Shown one piece after another: positions 42,355-52,049 of a DNA stretch of 64,000 nt. Source of the stretch: an uncultured delta proteobacterium (lineage in GTDB: Bacteria; Myxococcota_A; Polyangia; Polyangiales; B10-G4); contig CAVSGI010000011.1 in NCBI GenBank assembly GCA_963727445.1, positions 96,001 to 160,000 of the forward strand, read 5' to 3'. The notes under the pieces were generated by a model. That model had not been told where the DNA came from and searched no databases. It saw only the letters and a program-made list of their open reading frames with translations. A program made the translations under genes and the position numbers. Position 1 is the stretch's first letter, and the number at the start of each line of letters is the position of its first letter.

Positions 42355-43620
42355 TCAGCCGCCGCACGGAGCGCCGAAGAGGACGGCGAGGTTCTGGCCG
42401 GCGGGGTTGGCTGCGACGATGTCCGGGCGACCGTCCGCGTCGAGGTCGCCGACCGCGGACTTCGCGAGGTTGAAGAGCGAGCCTCCGCTTCCCGATTGGT
42501 CGAGGGGGATCTCCGCCGCGAGCTCGAAGAGGGCGGTGGGTGTGCCGCGTAGGATCGACAGCATGCCGCCATCGGCATGGGAGACGACGAGATCGAGACG
42601 CCCGTCGCTGTCGAGATCGGCGGCGGTGAGCCAGATGGGCCTGGGCACGACCGGGAAGTCGTGCATGACGAAGCTCGTGCCCGTGCCGTCGTTGAGCATG
42701 ATCTGGACGCGCTGATCCCCGCGGGACGCAGCGGCCACGTCGATGTCGCCGTCCTGGTCGAAATCGCCGGTCGCCAACCCGATCGTCTCCGCTCCGAGCG
42801 GGTAGGTCGCGTTGCTCCAGCGGCCGCCGCCCGAATCCTGAAGCAGCACGTTCAAATTCGAGGCGCTGCTGCCCCAATCCGTGGCGACGATGTCGGGACG
42901 CCCGTCCCCGTTCAGGTCAGCGACCTCGACCGAGTAGTAGTTCTCGAAGTCGATCAGCGTGATCGGCGCGGCGAAGGTTCCGTCGCCGGCGCCGTAGAGC
43001 ACGCGTATCTGGTTGTCCTCGCCGCCGACCACGAGGTCCGGATCACCGTCGCCGTCGAGGTCGGCCACGTCGAAGGTGACGGGCGTGCTCGGGCCGAGGA
43101 CGTCCACCGCGGCGTCGAGCGTTCCGTCGCCGCGGCCGTGGAAAGTCTGAAGACGGTCGTTCCACGACGCCGCGACCACGTCGAGGACGCCATCGCCGTC
43201 GATCTCCACGATCGCGACCTCTACCGCGTCCCAGTTCATGGGATAGGTCACAGGCGCCGCGAGAGTTCCGTCCCCCCCGTTCAGGTGCACCGCGATCAGA
43301 CCGTTCCCGTCCTCGCCCATGACCACGTCGAGGTCCCCATCCCCGTCGAGGTCCCCGACCGCAACCGAGACGGGGTCGGGCTCCATGCACCGCGCGGAGG
43401 CGACGCACGGCACGAGATCCACGCGGGGGGCGAAGCAGATGCTCGCGGGGGTCAGACCCGAGTCGACGGCGGCGTCCAACATCCCGCCATCGCCCGCCGC
43501 AGCATCGGACGTGCCCGCCCCGGTGTCGCCGACCGCGCCATCGGACGCCGCATCATCGAATCCGATACGACCACAGCCCAGCGCCGTGCTCAGGCTCAAA
43601 GACAACGCCAGCCAGCGCAT
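42355..43620 (-). CDS. FG-GAP/VCBS repeat lipoprotein (beta-propeller)
   Basis: GCGRIGFD lipobox; about seven GDLDGDGxxD-type repeats. Confidence 0.88.
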   Translation of the reverse strand: MRWLALSLSLSTALGCGRIGFDDAASDGAVGDTGAGTSDAAAGDGGMLDAAVDSGLTPASICFAPRVDLVPCVASARCMEPDPVSVAVGDLDGDGDLDVVMGEDGNGLIAVHLNGGDGTLAAPVTYPMNWDAVEVAIVEIDGDGVLDVVAASWNDRLQTFHGRGDGTLDAAVDVLGPSTPVTFDVADLDGDGDPDLVVGGEDNQIRVLYGAGDGTFAAPITLIDFENYYSVEVADLNGDGRPDIVATDWGSSASNLNVLLQDSGGGRWSNATYPLGAETIGLATGDFDQDGDIDVAAASRGDQRVQIMLNDGTGTSFVMHDFPVVPRPIWLTAADLDSDGRLDLVVSHADGGMLSILRGTPTALFELAAEIPLDQSGSGGSLFNLAKSAVGDLDADGRPDIVAANPAGQNLAVLFGAPCGG

Positions 43621-43759
43621 GACCCTAGGGTAGCAGTCATCAGCTGAGCGCTCGTCGGGATCTTCGTGCCGTAGTCGCACGCCGAGCTGGACTTGGGCTC
43701 GTGTTCGGCAGCCGCACGAAGCGCATGCGTGTCGGCGCTCGGGATCCACCCCGGATCGT

Positions 43760-43774
43760 GAGCACGGCGTTTGC
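43760..43774 (+). promoter_or_regulatory. Candidate sigma54-like promoter GAGCACG-GCGT-TTGC (one -24 mismatch)
   Basis: Spacing conserved; -12 C lies 15 nt before ATG 43789. Confidence 0.35.
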
Positions 43775-43788
43775 GCTACCATCGATGC

Positions 43789-44679
43789 ATGCTGTTCCGG
43801 CTTCTGCTCGTCGTCCTGACCTTCACAGGCTGTTCCCTCGACAGCTCAGCCATCAGCGGCGGCCATGGCGAACCGGACGCGACCGGCGCGGACGCCAGCC
43901 CGGCCGACGCCCCTGCGGTGGACGCTCCGGCCGGCGATTCATCGACGCCCCCCAGAGACTCCTCTGTCCTCGACGGCGCTCCGCCGGACACCGGCCCGTC
44001 CGACACCGGTCCCTCCGACTCCTCCGTCTCCCCCGACGCCGCCCCTGGGTGCACGACGCACACGATCGACGCCTGCAGCACGTCGCACCCGGACATCATG
44101 AGCTGCGAGCGGCTGTATGATGGCCTCGAGCTCGTGCCCGCGTGCCCAACCCTGTCGAGGGTGAGCCTCGACTGTCGCGCCGGGACGGCGTCGTACTGCG
44201 ACACCTCCACCAGCTGCCCGGACGGAGATGGGTGCGTCGAGAACGTGTGGATTCGGTTCGACCTCGGCGCCGCGGTGCCCGTGAGTCAGGTTCGCTTCAT
44301 GGCGGGCTGGTGGGCGGATCGGCCGGACCTCTTCGAGATCTGGTACTCGGACTCGCCCAGCGACGTGCCGGACTCTGGCGCGACCCTCGCCTACGGCGGC
44401 TCGTCAGCCCATCACCCCTGGGCTTGCGCGATGGGCGAGCCCTGCACTGCGGAAGTGCCCGATGGCTGCTGTCCCGATGGACGCGACATGCCGCAGGTCA
44501 CCGAGCAGTCCTCGTACACACCGTCCTGCGACCTCGGCGATCACTTCCCGAAGCTCGACATCGCCGACTTCCCGACCGCCGTCGGCCGCTATTGGTACAT
44601 GATGGTGCGAAACGGCGCGTACGCCGATCGCATCTGGCTGTACGAGTTTCAGCTTCGGGACGGCGCGATGTGCCGGTGA
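43789..44679 (+). CDS. Cys-rich lipoprotein with discoidin/F5-8-like domain
   Basis: FTG-C lipobox; WIRFDLG...FEIWYSD...GRYW...LYEFQL. Confidence 0.72.
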   Translation: MLFRLLLVVLTFTGCSLDSSAISGGHGEPDATGADASPADAPAVDAPAGDSSTPPRDSSVLDGAPPDTGPSDTGPSDSSVSPDAAPGCTTHTIDACSTSHPDIMSCERLYDGLELVPACPTLSRVSLDCRAGTASYCDTSTSCPDGDGCVENVWIRFDLGAAVPVSQVRFMAGWWADRPDLFEIWYSDSPSDVPDSGATLAYGGSSAHHPWACAMGEPCTAEVPDGCCPDGRDMPQVTEQSSYTPSCDLGDHFPKLDIADFPTAVGRYWYMMVRNGAYADRIWLYEFQLRDGAMCR

Positions 44680-46226
44680 TACGCGACACAGTGCGGGGGC
44701 CTCGCTCCCACGCAGCGCCGGGTGCGCGCATCCTCGAGCCATTGGTCGTGATCGCGTGGGGCGCCCTCTTGTCCGTGTCCTGCGGTGGCACCCAGAGCGC
44801 GATGCCCCACGATCGCGCAGAGCCCATCCCGGCCGAGCACGTGACGAGCCAATGCGAGGTGACCGTCGAGCTCGGCGAGTCGTCGCATTCGTTCGTCGCC
44901 TACGGGTCCGACCTCGATGCGGCTCGCCATCGGGCCACGGTGCTCGGCGATGCGGTGTCGGAGACGCTCCGATTCGGGGAAGAGGTCGCGCCACGAATCT
45001 CGCTCTTGCTCGCCAACGGCGGAGACGAGCTCGCGACCCCCGCTGCTTCGCCCGCGCCCATCGCCTACGAGGTCGGGCGGTGCCAGACCGTCGAGCTCGC
45101 GAGCGCCGAGCAGCCGGTCTCGGCGCGGTGGCGCGCGAGCCTCCCCGACGCCGACGCCGCTGCGGAGGGTGACGCCGTCGCGTGGTCGGCCGCCGAGGCG
45201 CTCGAGATCGCCCGACGCCGCGCATGCTTCAGCGCGGCGGCCCGCTACGCGACGGGCGTTCTCTCGGCCGCCGCATCCGCGCCGCCGGAGCTCAGAGTGC
45301 AGGCGGTCGCGTCGGGCATGAAGGAGGCCGGGGAGTGGCTGCTCTTCTGCATGGGCGAAGGCGAGGTCACCTTCGGGGCCGCGCCCTCGAACACCGTCGC
45401 GCCCCCGGACACCTGGGAGCTGGTGCGGTGCGAAGCGACCGTCGACGGCTTGCCCGAGGTGAACGGACCGACCGTCGGGGTGGGGCTCGGGTGGAGTGTG
45501 TCTCGCGCGCTCGAAGACGCTCGCGTCGCGCTCATCGTCGACGTCTATCGCGCGGTGGACGTGGCGTTCGGCGAGGCGGTCGGGCAGGCCGAGCCGGCAG
45601 CCCAGTCGTACACCTTCGCATCGAGCCTCGAGCGGGCCCTTCGGACGGAAGAGCTGGCACCGCTCCTCGAAGAACGAGGGGTCCGCTGCGAACGATGGGA
45701 GACCGAAGGCCAGCAGACCACGTTCACCCTGCCGCCCGAGTGCTCCTTCGCGAGCGCTGGCACGCGCACGAGCCCGCTCTCGGTGGACGATGCCTTCGCG
45801 CCGTGCGTCGCCGTGCGCGAAGCGGGCCGCGCCGCCACGAACGAAGCGCTCGAGGCCGCCGAGTCGGCCGTTCGGCCGAGGATGCGCGTCGTCGGCGAGG
45901 CAGAGACGGCCGCGTGCGAGCGGGCGTGCCGACAGAGTCTGACGTTGGCGCACGGGAGACACGAGCCGATCGCACACCCCGAACCGGGGGACGCCGACTG
46001 CTCCACCGAGGATCGCGCTCGAGCCGCGTTCCACGCGGGCCAGCGGGACCGTGACATGGCGCTGGCGCTCGCCTGCCTCGACGAGAGCATCGTGAACGAG
46101 CTGCTCCGAGAGCTGACCCCGCTGACCAAGGAGCGCCTCTTCGATTGGCTCGGGCGCCTCGACGACATGTCGCTCGAAGCGCGTCCCGACCGCCACGGCG
46201 GGTTCCGGCTCGACGTCGTGAGGTGA
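44676..46226 (+). CDS. Hypothetical lipoprotein
   Basis: GTGA overlap; LSVS-C lipobox; long open frame; start uncertain. Confidence 0.6.
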   Translation: MIRDTVRGPRSHAAPGARILEPLVVIAWGALLSVSCGGTQSAMPHDRAEPIPAEHVTSQCEVTVELGESSHSFVAYGSDLDAARHRATVLGDAVSETLRFGEEVAPRISLLLANGGDELATPAASPAPIAYEVGRCQTVELASAEQPVSARWRASLPDADAAAEGDAVAWSAAEALEIARRRACFSAAARYATGVLSAAASAPPELRVQAVASGMKEAGEWLLFCMGEGEVTFGAAPSNTVAPPDTWELVRCEATVDGLPEVNGPTVGVGLGWSVSRALEDARVALIVDVYRAVDVAFGEAVGQAEPAAQSYTFASSLERALRTEELAPLLEERGVRCERWETEGQQTTFTLPPECSFASAGTRTSPLSVDDAFAPCVAVREAGRAATNEALEAAESAVRPRMRVVGEAETAACERACRQSLTLAHGRHEPIAHPEPGDADCSTEDRARAAFHAGQRDRDMALALACLDESIVNELLRELTPLTKERLFDWLGRLDDMSLEARPDRHGGFRLDVVR

Positions 46227-46253
46227 CCTACGCGCCTCGAGAGCGAGGCCGGC

Positions 46254-47135
46254 TCAGTGCGTTCGAAAGTGCATCTGGTAGCGGCCGGGGCTCGCGGCTT
46301 CATAGCCCTCGATGCGCGGGTGGGCGGCGGCCTGCTCCCTCGCGCACCGCCGCATGTAGGTCCTGTGCTCGCTTTCGAAAGCCCCGTCCATGGCGGTGAT
46401 GCGGCCGTCCGGCGCGACCTCGACCGCGAGGTGGCCGGACACATCGGTGGGCTGGTCGAGGGCGTCGACGCACGTGGTGACGAAACCCGAAAGATGCGCG
46501 AAGACGCGCGCCGCGAGCGTGTCGGTGGCGGCCTCGGGATCGGCGAGCGGCGCATGGGGCTCGGTCAGGCGACGCCAGGGGCCGACTTGCATGAGGTGAG
46601 GGCCGCGGACGTAGGCGACCTCGTCCGACTCCGGCCAGAGGAAGACGCCCTGTTCGGCGTCGAAGCGGGCGACGGCGAGCCACTCGGAGCCGCTCTGCTC
46701 GTCCGAGTCGAAGCGAAGAAACGAAGGGACGCGGATGAAGAGCACGTCATCTCGCCACTCGCTCTCGAGGCGGAAGACCCGCTGAGAATTGTCCACAGCG
46801 AGCGTCGGATCTTCGAAGGGCGTTCGGCTCACCGCTACCAGGCTCAGGTAGCGTCCGTCGTAGACGAACGCCTCGTAGCCGCGAGGTTGATGCGGCCCGG
46901 GGCTCTCGGGATCGCACTGTCGAATCCACTGCCCCACCGCCTCTGGAACGATGGAATCGGGGAGAGCCTCGACGTTCGCGGGCGCGCCCTCGTCGAAGGA
47001 GGGGCATCCGTTCATCGAGATCTCCTCGAGCTCGATGCGCCTCGGCGTGCGCTCCTGCGGTCGGGCGTTCTGCTCTGCGCCCCCACAAGCGGCGACGACG
47101 AGCAGCGCGACGGCGGTGATCTCGGCGCGCCTCAC
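46254..47135 (-). CDS. Hypothetical lipoprotein with AgmX/PglI-like C-terminus
   Basis: VAA-C lipobox; C...SGHLAVEVAPDGRI...RC. Confidence 0.65.
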   Translation of the reverse strand: MRRAEITAVALLVVAACGGAEQNARPQERTPRRIELEEISMNGCPSFDEGAPANVEALPDSIVPEAVGQWIRQCDPESPGPHQPRGYEAFVYDGRYLSLVAVSRTPFEDPTLAVDNSQRVFRLESEWRDDVLFIRVPSFLRFDSDEQSGSEWLAVARFDAEQGVFLWPESDEVAYVRGPHLMQVGPWRRLTEPHAPLADPEAATDTLAARVFAHLSGFVTTCVDALDQPTDVSGHLAVEVAPDGRITAMDGAFESEHRTYMRRCAREQAAAHPRIEGYEAASPGRYQMHFRTH

Positions 47136-47308
47136 CCCGCCCCTTTTCAGCCTCTGTCGTCGCGAGACGTCACTGGGCTCGACTATGCTCGATCACCGAC
47201 CAGCGCACCACCCGGGTTTTCCGACCGTCCGCGTGAGGACGGTTCTGCCGGGCCGGGGCGGTCGACGAAAGGAGCGACATGCGGGGCGAGCTGTGGAACC
47301 ATCCGTCC

Positions 47309-48049
47309 ATGCTTCCGACGCTCGCACGTCTCGTGCTCCCGGCGCTGGCTCTCGCGGTCGTGCCCGTCGGCGCGGCGCACGCGCAGTCCGCCGAGGCCGA
47401 GGGCGATGCGAACGACGATGCGATGATCGAGCAGGATCAGAACGACGCCGAAGCCCACGTCCTGTTCAATCACGGGCGCGTCGCGATGGCGGAGGGGCGG
47501 TTCGAAGAGGCGCTCCAGTTCTTCGAGCGCTCCTACGCTCTGAGCGGCCGCCCCGAGCTCCTCTACAACATCGGGATGGTCCACGACCGTCTGCGGCACG
47601 ATGAGGAGGCGATCTCCTCCTTTCGCCGGTTCCTCCAGGAGGCGCCGGACGTGCAGAACCGCGCCGAGGTCGAGCGGCGCATCGCCGTGCTGCAGGACGC
47701 GGTTCAGTCGGGTGACGCCGAGGGCGAGGGCGAGGAGGAAGGCATCGACCTGGGTGGGCTCATCCTCTCGAGCGCGGGGGGCGCCGTCCTCGTCGCGGGT
47801 GTGGTGATGGTGGCGATCGCGGCGGCGGACGTCTCGAGCGTCGAAAACGCAGCCGACGGAAGCTCGTGGTCGTCGGTGAGCGGCGCTTACGACCGCTCCC
47901 AGCCCCTCTCCATCGCGGGTATCGCGGCGATTGCCGCTGGTGCGATCGCTGCTGGCATCGGCGTGGTGCTTCTGCTCACCCGAGGCAGGGGATCGGAGAC
48001 CGCCGTATCCATCGGACCGGGCGGCGTCTCGCTCAGGGGGCGGTTCTGA
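47309..48049 (+). CDS. Exported TPR protein with C-terminal hydrophobic helices, ends LRGRF
   Basis: AHVLF..G..F.RSY.LS.RPELLYNIG TPR. Confidence 0.85.
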   Translation: MLPTLARLVLPALALAVVPVGAAHAQSAEAEGDANDDAMIEQDQNDAEAHVLFNHGRVAMAEGRFEEALQFFERSYALSGRPELLYNIGMVHDRLRHDEEAISSFRRFLQEAPDVQNRAEVERRIAVLQDAVQSGDAEGEGEEEGIDLGGLILSSAGGAVLVAGVVMVAIAAADVSSVENAADGSSWSSVSGAYDRSQPLSIAGIAAIAAGAIAAGIGVVLLLTRGRGSETAVSIGPGGVSLRGRF

Positions 48050-48947
48050 TGCGCGCCCTCCTCCGACTCGTGCTTTCGTGCCTCATGTTGCTGGGATGCA
48101 AAGCGACGATCCCCGACCATCGCTTCGCGTGCGCCACCGACAGCGACTGTCCGCCCGGACAACGCTGCGACGGCGATCGGTGCACCAGCGAGCGTTCCGA
48201 CGGGGGCGCTCCGGATGCGGCTCGGGACACCAGCGTCGACACCGGCCCGACCGACACCGGCGTCGTGGACTCGACGGTGCTCCCGGATTCGGCCGTCGAC
48301 ACCGGCCCGGATGGGCCCCTGTGCACGATCGAGACGCAGCGACTGCGGATCCATGGCGACAACGTCATCTTCGACAGCGACTGTGATGGCGCGAACCATC
48401 AGGGCTCGTCCCCGCTGCTCAACCTCGGTATCAACAACGCGCGCGGACTCTTCCGCTTCACCCTCGATCCCGCGGCCGTCTCTGCGTTCACCGACGATGT
48501 CGTCGTCGCCGCGCGGCTGGTCCTGAACCGCCGCGCATACTGCGGCAGCTCGGCCTGTCCCGCGGCGCCCGGCGCGTTGTCGGTCCGGCCGATGCGCAAC
48601 GATTGGGACGAAGGGTCCGACGGCATGTCGACGACGCAGGTCGACTATGCCGGCGCGGATTGGTGCCGGCGCGCCGGAGGGGAGTCGCCGATGCCTGGGG
48701 CGCCGATGGCGCGATGGCCGCGAGCGTGGACATCGGACCGGAGGCAGGGAATGGAGCCTTCGGAACCACCGAGCCGGACATCACGATCGACCTCGACCCC
48801 GCGGTCTTGCGCGCCGATTGGGTGGAGCGAGGCTCGGCGGCTCGCCTCTCGCTACAGACGGTGTCGACCAGCGGCACCCTCGTCGTCGCCGCGCGCGAGA
48901 GCTCGATCGAGGGCCCCGCCTACGTCGACATCGACACCTGCCGCTGA
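48049..48947 (+). pseudogene. Cys-containing lipoprotein with DNRLRE-like domain, frameshift near 48680
   Basis: LLG-C lipobox, CATDSDCPPGQRC, RGLFRF..ARLVL..DWDEG; continues as AWGADGA...AARES in ORF 48603..48947. Confidence 0.6.
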
Positions 48948-48956
48948 CGAGATGGG

Positions 48957-50681
48957 CTAACCCGCGCGCTCGAGCTGCACGAAGAGATCTGCGAGCCCCG
49001 GGTTTTCGCGAAGCGGGGCGACGAAGGCGCCTGCGATCTGGACGAGGCGCTGCTCGAGGCGCTCTACCTCCTGGCCGCGGCCGCGGAGCGCGGCTTCGGT
49101 CTGGCTGCGCTTCTGATCGTAGGCGGCCTCGCGCTGCTCGAGCTGGCCGCGCAGGGCGCGGATCTGGAACTCGAGATCCTCGACCTCGCCGCCCTTCGAG
49201 GAGATCCAGTCGCGCGCCTTCTTGCCCGCGCCGTGGGCGAGCGCCCAGCGGTCGAGGGCGTCGACCTCGTCGCGGAGCGCGGCGACCAGCTCCTGGCGCG
49301 GCTCCTGTTGAAGGCGATGGCCGCCCAGGGACTCGACCTTGGCGAACGCCGTCTCGTAGCTCTTCTTCGCCGTGTCCTCCGCGCTCAGATAGGGCGCGAC
49401 CTCGTCGTGCGAGCTCCGCGCGGCGGCGCGCGCGTTCGAGAGATCCTCGGCCAGGGTCTGCACGGCGTTGCCGAGGCGCGCGCGATCTTCGCGCGCCTCC
49501 GTCTCCATCGTCTCGAGGACGCGCTGGTCCCTCAGGCCTTCGCTACGCAGCTCCTGGATGCGCGCGAGGTAGCCGCGGATCTCGCCGAGCGACCGGATGT
49601 ACGCCTCGGGCACCTGCCCGTCGGGATAGGCGCGCGCGAGCATCTTCTCGAAGAGCACCGTGCGGTCGCCCCACGCCGCCAGCGTCGTCGGCGGCAACGT
49701 CGGGGCGACCTGGCGGCCGGCGCTCGAGGGCTGGGGCGCGATGGCGCTGTCCTGACCCGTCGTCGGCGCGATGGCCGCGAGCTCCTTGATCACCTGGTGG
49801 GCGTCGACCGGGCGCCGCGCCGGGTCCTTCTCCATCAGCGCGAGGATCAGCTCCTCGAGGCGCCGCGGGCACGAGGGCGCGAACTCCGAGGGGCGGGGCG
49901 GGATCTCCTGGATGTGCTTGATGAAGTAACTCGGGATGTCGGAGGCCTCGAAGGGGAGCCGTCCCGTCACCATCTCGAAGAGGATCACCCCGAGGGCGTA
50001 GAGGTCGGCCTCGGCGCCGGCGTCGATCGAGGAGACGCGCTCCGGCGCCATGTACTGCGGCGTGCCGAAGATCTCGCCGGCGTTGGTCAGCCGCGTGTCG
50101 TGAAGCGAGCGCGCGATGCCGAAGTCGAGGAGCTTCACCTGGAAGCGATCGCCAGGGAGGTTCGCGACGAAGATGTTCTCGGGCTTGAGGTCGCGGTGGA
50201 TCACGTCGAAGTCGTGGGCGCGCGCGAGGCCCTGCGCGATCTGCAGGCCGAGGGCCGCGGTGCGCGGCGCGGGGATCGCACCGGCTTCGATGTGATGGTC
50301 GAGGGTGGTGCCCTCGAGGAGCTCCATCACCAGATAGGCCGAGCCCTCGGCGGTCTCCCCGTTGTCGAGGATCTCGACGATGTTCGGGTGCGACACGGCG
50401 GCGGTGTTCTTCGCTTCGCGGCGGAAGCGCTCCTTGAGCGAAGCGTTGCTCGCCATGTGCGGGTTGATGATCTTGATGGCGACGTTGCGATCGACGAGCG
50501 TGTGGCGCGCGCGATAGACGGTGGCCATTCCGCCCTCGCCGAGCTTGTCCTCGACCTGGTACTTGCCGTCGATCACCGCGCCGATGTTCGGGTCCGGCGC
50601 ATCGATCAAGGCCAGGCCGTCGACGAAACACTTGTCGTTGTCGTCCGAGTACTTCAGATCGCAGCGCGGGCAGACCTTCAT
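48957..50681 (-). CDS. Cytoplasmic Ser/Thr protein kinase with N-terminal CxxC motif and C-terminal coiled coil
   Basis: CPRC...[31 protein letters not shown]; no TM. Confidence 0.93.
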   Translation of the reverse strand: MKVCPRCDLKYSDDNDKCFVDGLALIDAPDPNIGAVIDGKYQVEDKLGEGGMATVYRARHTLVDRNVAIKIINPHMASNASLKERFRREAKNTAAVSHPNIVEILDNGETAEGSAYLVMELLEGTTLDHHIEAGAIPAPRTAALGLQIAQGLARAHDFDVIHRDLKPENIFVANLPGDRFQVKLLDFGIARSLHDTRLTNAGEIFGTPQYMAPERVSSIDAGAEADLYALGVILFEMVTGRLPFEASDIPSYFIKHIQEIPPRPSEFAPSCPRRLEELILALMEKDPARRPVDAHQVIKELAAIAPTTGQDSAIAPQPSSAGRQVAPTLPPTTLAAWGDRTVLFEKMLARAYPDGQVPEAYIRSLGEIRGYLARIQELRSEGLRDQRVLETMETEAREDRARLGNAVQTLAEDLSNARAAARSSHDEVAPYLSAEDTAKKSYETAFAKVESLGGHRLQQEPRQELVAALRDEVDALDRWALAHGAGKKARDWISSKGGEVEDLEFQIRALRGQLEQREAAYDQKRSQTEAALRGRGQEVERLEQRLVQIAGAFVAPLRENPGLADLFVQLERAG

Positions 50682-50726
50682 CGCGAGGCCCGCACTCTAA
50701 CGCCACGCGCGGAGGCTGTGGAGGGC

Positions 50727-51863
50727 TCAGATCAGATCGGGGGTCGTCTCCACCGGCGCCTCCTCGACTTCCCAGCGGAAGTCGTCGATCAGCACCAGCG
50801 AGTCGAGGTCGCCGTCGGAGGAGTCCCAGATGGCGAAGCGCAGCGTGATGATCTCGCCGCCGCTCACGGGGGCCGTCGTGCGGAGCCAGCCGGTGGAGGC
50901 GCCGATGTCGGGGCTCGAGCCGCCGGAGGGGTCGTGACCGCAGCTGTCGCTGCCGTCGTAGCCGGTGCCCGAGAGGAAGGAGCGCCCGAGCGGGCAGTCG
51001 AAGGTCTTGCCGCCGTGGGTGCCGGGCGAGCAGGCGCGCAACAGGCTGTTGTTCACGCTCACCGGGTTTTCGTCCTCGTCGAAGGCGATGTTCTCGAAGC
51101 CGCTGCCCGTGTCGCGCAGGGCGACGAAGAAGTCGTTGTACTCGGTGCAGATGAAGTCGGGGTACTCGTAGGTGAAGAACGCCGACGCGAAGGAGAAGGA
51201 GCGCGCGCCCTCGGGGGCGCGGACGCGGACCTCGAGCGCGACGGCGTTGAAGGGCGCGCCCGCCGGGGTGCCGGGGCAGGACGGCGAGGTGATCGGGTAG
51301 CCGGGGGGATAGCCGGCGGGGGGCGGCTCGAAGTCGGGGTCGAAGGAGTCGCAGTCCGAGGTGTAACCCGGCTGTCCGGGCGCCCGGGCCGTGCCGCTCG
51401 ACAGCGCCAGTAATGCCGAGCCCTGCCGTGGCGCGACCGAGCCGAAGGTGGGAAGGATGCCGATCTGCTCCATGGAGTCGGGGGTGCCCGCTCCGTCGGC
51501 GGTGGTGAAACGCGCCGAGAGCACGCCCCATTCGCCCGACGCTTCGTCGGCGAAGTGGCAGAGCCCCATGGCGCGCGCAGCATCTTCGGCGCTGCCGCTC
51601 ATGGTGAGGCTGGTGTCGCAGACCTCGGAGCTGATCGCCGGCGCGCTCGGCGTGGAGGCGTCCGGCGTGGAGGAGGGGGGCGTGCCGGGAGGCGGCGCGG
51701 TCGGACCGCCCGCATCGGCGTCGGCGTAGGGCGGGGGCGACTCGCGACCCGTCGACATCGGCGCGCCTGCGGGGGAGCAGCCGATGGCGAAATAGGTGAA
51801 CGAGGCGAGCCAGCCCACACGAGCAGCCCAGAGGAGGATCGAAGAGGAGGAGGAGAACTGCAT
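50727..51863 (-). CDS. Choice-of-anchor L-like domain lipoprotein
   Basis: AIG-C lipobox; LALSSGTAR, FFTYEYPDFICTEYNDFF, STGWL.T, LDSLVLID. Confidence 0.75.
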   Translation of the reverse strand: MQFSSSSSILLWAARVGWLASFTYFAIGCSPAGAPMSTGRESPPPYADADAGGPTAPPPGTPPSSTPDASTPSAPAISSEVCDTSLTMSGSAEDAARAMGLCHFADEASGEWGVLSARFTTADGAGTPDSMEQIGILPTFGSVAPRQGSALLALSSGTARAPGQPGYTSDCDSFDPDFEPPPAGYPPGYPITSPSCPGTPAGAPFNAVALEVRVRAPEGARSFSFASAFFTYEYPDFICTEYNDFFVALRDTGSGFENIAFDEDENPVSVNNSLLRACSPGTHGGKTFDCPLGRSFLSGTGYDGSDSCGHDPSGGSSPDIGASTGWLRTTAPVSGGEIITLRFAIWDSSDGDLDSLVLIDDFRWEVEEAPVETTPDLI

Positions 51864-51877
51864 CGTCCTTGGTACTT

Positions 51878-51893
51878 CGCAAGCGTCGTGCCG
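51878..51893 (-). promoter_or_regulatory. Candidate sigma54 promoter CGGCACG-ACGC-TTGCG
   Basis: Near-perfect -24/-12 match, upstream of ATG 51863. Confidence 0.6.
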
Positions 51894-52049
51894 CCGCTCG
51901 CGCCGGGACTTTCCGCCGAAAAGCCGTGCCCATCGTCGCGTCCATGTGGCAGCGGGTGGGGTGCGGCGACACTGCCGGCGCGGCCCTTCGGAATTCATCC
52001 ACGCATTGGCTTGAATCGACCCGCGGGCGGGGATAGTCCGTCCCTCCTG